Part shown: piece by piece, positions 10,698 to 13,336 of the stretch | Numbering within the stretch: position 1 is the stretch's first letter | Layout of the letters: each line of letters begins with the position of its first letter | Origin: a virus | Taxonomy: Duplodnaviria > Heunggongvirae > Uroviricota > Caudoviricetes | Virus record (IMG/VR): IMGVR_UViG_2563366831_000002 | Reading direction: 5' to 3' (one strand) | Length of the DNA: 13,336 nucleotides | Position numbers and translations under genes: made by a program | Notes under the pieces: model-generated | The model's database searches: none | What the model saw: only the letters and a program-made list of their open reading frames with translations | What the model was told of the DNA's origin: nothing

Positions 10698-13251
10698 ACC
10701 GGTAGGCGATCTGGTCGTTGATTTAAGTCTGGATGCGGCCAGATTTGACGAGCAGATGGCCAGAGTCAGGCGTCATTTTTCCGGTACGGAAACTGATGCG
10801 AAAAAAACAGCGGCAGTCGTTGAACAGTCGCTGAGCCGACAGGCGCTGGCTGCACAGAAAGCGGGGATTTCCGTCGGGCAGTATAAAGCCGCCATGCGTA
10901 TGCTGCCTGCACAGTTCACCGACGTGGCCACGCAGCTTGCAGGCGGGCAAAGCCCGTGGCTGATCCTGCTGCAACAGGGGGGTCAGGTTAAGGACTCCTT
11001 CGGCGGGATGATCCCCATGTTCAGGGGGCTTGCCGGTGCGATCACCCTGCCGATGGTCGGGGCCACCTCGCTGGCGGTGGCGACCGGTGCGCTGGCGTAT
11101 GCCTGGTATCAGGGCAACTCAACCCTGTCCGATTTCAACAAAACGCTGGTCCTTTCCGGTAATCAGTCGGGTCTGACGGCAGATCGTATGCTGGTCCTGT
11201 CCAGAGCCGGGCAGGCGGCAGGGCTGACGTTTAACCAGACCAGCGAGTCACTCAGTGCACTGGTTAAGGCGGGGGTAAGCGGTGAGGCTCAGATTGCGTC
11301 CATCAGCCAGAGTGTGGCGCGTTTCTCCTCTGCATCCGGCGTGGAGGTGGACAAGGTCGCTGAAGCCTTCGGGAAGCTGACCACAGACCCGACGTCGGGG
11401 CTGACGGCGATGGCACGCCAGTTCCATAACGTGACGGCGGAGCAGATTGCGTATGTTGCTCAGTTGCAGCGTTCCGGCGATGAAGCCGGGGCATTGCAGG
11501 CGGCGAACGAGGCCGCAACGAAAGGGTTTGATGACCAGACCCGCCGCCTGAAAGAGAACATGGGCACGCTGGAGACCTGGGCAGACAGGACTGCGCGGGC
11601 ATTCAAATCCATGTGGGATGCGGTGCTGGATATTGGTCGTCCTGATACCGCGCAGGAGATGCTGATTAAGGCAGAGGCTGCGTTTAAGAAAGCAGACGAC
11701 ATCTGGAATCTGCGCAAGGATGATTATTTTGTTAACGATGAAGCGCGGGCGCGTTACTGGGATGATCGTGAAAAGGCCCGTCTTGCGCTTGAAGCCGCCC
11801 GAAAGAAGGCTGAGCAGCAGACTCAACAGGACAAAAATGCGCAGCAGCAGAGCGATACCGAAGCGTCACGGCTGAAATATACCGAAGAGGCGCAGAAGGC
11901 TTACGAACGGCTGCAGACGCCGCTGGAGAAATATACCGCCCGTCAGGAAGAACTGAACAAGGCACTGAAAGACGGGAAAATCCTGCAGGCGGATTACAAC
12001 ACGCTGATGGCGGCGGCGAAAAAGGATTATGAAGCGACGCTGAAAAAGCCGAAACAGTCCGGCGTGAAGGTGTCTGCGGGCGATCGTCAGGAAGACAGTG
12101 CTCATGCTGCCCTGCTGACGCTTCAGGCTGAACTCCGGACGCTGGAGAAGCATGCCGGAGCGAATGAGAAAATCAGCCAGCAGCGCCGGGATTTGTGGAA
12201 GGCGGAGAGCCAGTTTGCGGTACTGGAGGAGGCGGCGCAACGTCGCCAGCTGTCTGCACAGGAGAAATCCCTGCTGGCGCATAAAGATGAGACGCTGGAG
12301 TACAAACGCCAGCTGGCTGCACTTGGCGACAAGGTTACGTATCAGGAGCGCCTGAACGCGCTGGCGCAGCAGGCGGATAAATTCGCACAGCAGCAACGGG
12401 CAAAACGGGCCGCCATTGATGCGAAAAGCCGGGGGCTGACTGACCGGCAGGCAGAACGGGAAGCCACGGAACAGCGCCTGAAGGAACAGTATGGCGATAA
12501 TCCGCTGGCGCTGAATAACGTCATGTCAGAGCAGAAAAAGACCTGGGCGGCTGAAGACCAGCTTCGCGGGAGCTGGATGGCAGGCCTGAAGTCCGGCTGG
12601 AGTGAGTGGGAAGAGAGCGCCACGGACAGTATGTCGCAGGTAAAAAGTGCAGCCACGCAGACCTTTGATGGTATTGCACAGAATATGGCGGCGATGCTGA
12701 CCGGCAGTGAGCAGAACTGGCGCAGCTTCACCCGTTCCGTGCTGTCCATGATGACAGAAATTCTGCTTAAGCAGGCAATGGTGGGGATTGTCGGGAGTAT
12801 CGGCAGCGCCATTGGCGGGGCTGTTGGTGGCGGCGCATCCGCGTCAGGCGGTACAGCCATTCAGGCCGCTGCGGCGAAATTCCATTTTGCAACCGGAGGA
12901 TTTACGGGAACCGGCGGCAAATATGAGCCAGCGGGGATTGTTCACCGTGGTGAATTTGTCTTCACGAAGGAGGCAACCAGCCGGATTGGCGTGGGGAATC
13001 TTTACCGGCTGATGCGCGGCTATGCCACCGGCGGTTATGTCGGTACACCGGGCAGCATGGCAGACAGCCGGTCGCAGGCGTCCGGGACGTTTGAGCAGAA
13101 TAACCATGTGGTGATTAACAACGACGGCACGAACGGTCAGATAGGTCCGGCTGCTCTGAAGGCGGTGTATGACATGGCCCGCAAGGGTGCCCGTGATGAA
13201 ATTCAGACACAGATGCGTGATGGTGGCCTGTTCTCCGGAGGTGGACGATGA
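10690..13251 (+). CDS. H: Tail tape measure protein gpH, 853 aa
   Basis: ATG at 10690 after AGGAGG; 853 aa as lambda gpH; long Ala/Gln/Glu/Lys-rich predicted coiled-coil middle, Gly-rich hydrophobic C-terminal segment; immediately follows G/GT as in all siphoviruses. Confidence 0.95.
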   Translation: MAEPVGDLVVDLSLDAARFDEQMARVRRHFSGTETDAKKTAAVVEQSLSRQALAAQKAGISVGQYKAAMRMLPAQFTDVATQLAGGQSPWLILLQQGGQVKDSFGGMIPMFRGLAGAITLPMVGATSLAVATGALAYAWYQGNSTLSDFNKTLVLSGNQSGLTADRMLVLSRAGQAAGLTFNQTSESLSALVKAGVSGEAQIASISQSVARFSSASGVEVDKVAEAFGKLTTDPTSGLTAMARQFHNVTAEQIAYVAQLQRSGDEAGALQAANEAATKGFDDQTRRLKENMGTLETWADRTARAFKSMWDAVLDIGRPDTAQEMLIKAEAAFKKADDIWNLRKDDYFVNDEARARYWDDREKARLALEAARKKAEQQTQQDKNAQQQSDTEASRLKYTEEAQKAYERLQTPLEKYTARQEELNKALKDGKILQADYNTLMAAAKKDYEATLKKPKQSGVKVSAGDRQEDSAHAALLTLQAELRTLEKHAGANEKISQQRRDLWKAESQFAVLEEAAQRRQLSAQEKSLLAHKDETLEYKRQLAALGDKVTYQERLNALAQQADKFAQQQRAKRAAIDAKSRGLTDRQAEREATEQRLKEQYGDNPLALNNVMSEQKKTWAAEDQLRGSWMAGLKSGWSEWEESATDSMSQVKSAATQTFDGIAQNMAAMLTGSEQNWRSFTRSVLSMMTEILLKQAMVGIVGSIGSAIGGAVGGGASASGGTAIQAAAAKFHFATGGFTGTGGKYEPAGIVHRGEFVFTKEATSRIGVGNLYRLMRGYATGGYVGTPGSMADSRSQASGTFEQNNHVVINNDGTNGQIGPAALKAVYDMARKGARDEIQTQMRDGGLFSGGGR

Positions 13252-13336
13252 AGACCTTCCGCTGGAAAGTGAAACCCGGTATGGATGTGGCTTCGGTCCC
13301 TTCTGTAAGAAAGGTGCGCTTTGGTGATGGCTATTC
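13248..13336 (+). CDS. M: Minor tail protein gpM, 5' portion only (truncated by window end)
   Basis: ATGA overlap with H stop (13248-13251); MKTFRWKVKPGMDVASVPSVRKVRFGDGY matches start of lambda gpM. Confidence 0.85.
   Translation, partial: MKTFRWKVKPGMDVASVPSVRKVRFGDGY

Overview
This window is the complete head and proximal tail morphogenesis module of a lambda-like (lambdoid) siphovirus, all on the + strand and in canonical lambda order: right genome end, cos site (cosN/cosB), nu1, A, W, B, C with nested nu3, D, E, FI, FII, Z, U, V, G with the G-T frameshift product, H, and the 5' end of M. Because an intact cos junction sits at about 149-170, the DNA is in circular, concatemeric or prophage configuration rather than linear virion form. 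Gene calls rest on ORF length, order and start/stop coupling, and on protein sequences I recognise from memory as lambda gpNu1, gpA, gpW, gpB, gpC, gpD, gpE, gpFI, gpFII, gpZ, gpU, gpV, gpG/GT, gpH and gpM; no database search was run. I do not see a previously undescribed system here: genes are tightly packed and no moron or cargo insertion is present. The most interesting feature is that cosB and the N-terminal DNA-binding part of nu1 differ from reference lambda while everything downstream looks lambda-like. cosB carries three copies of TCATGTCGG in +,-,+ orientation rather than lambda's R-site sequence. This points to a swapped packaging-specificity module. All comparisons to lambda are from recollection and should be confirmed by alignment.
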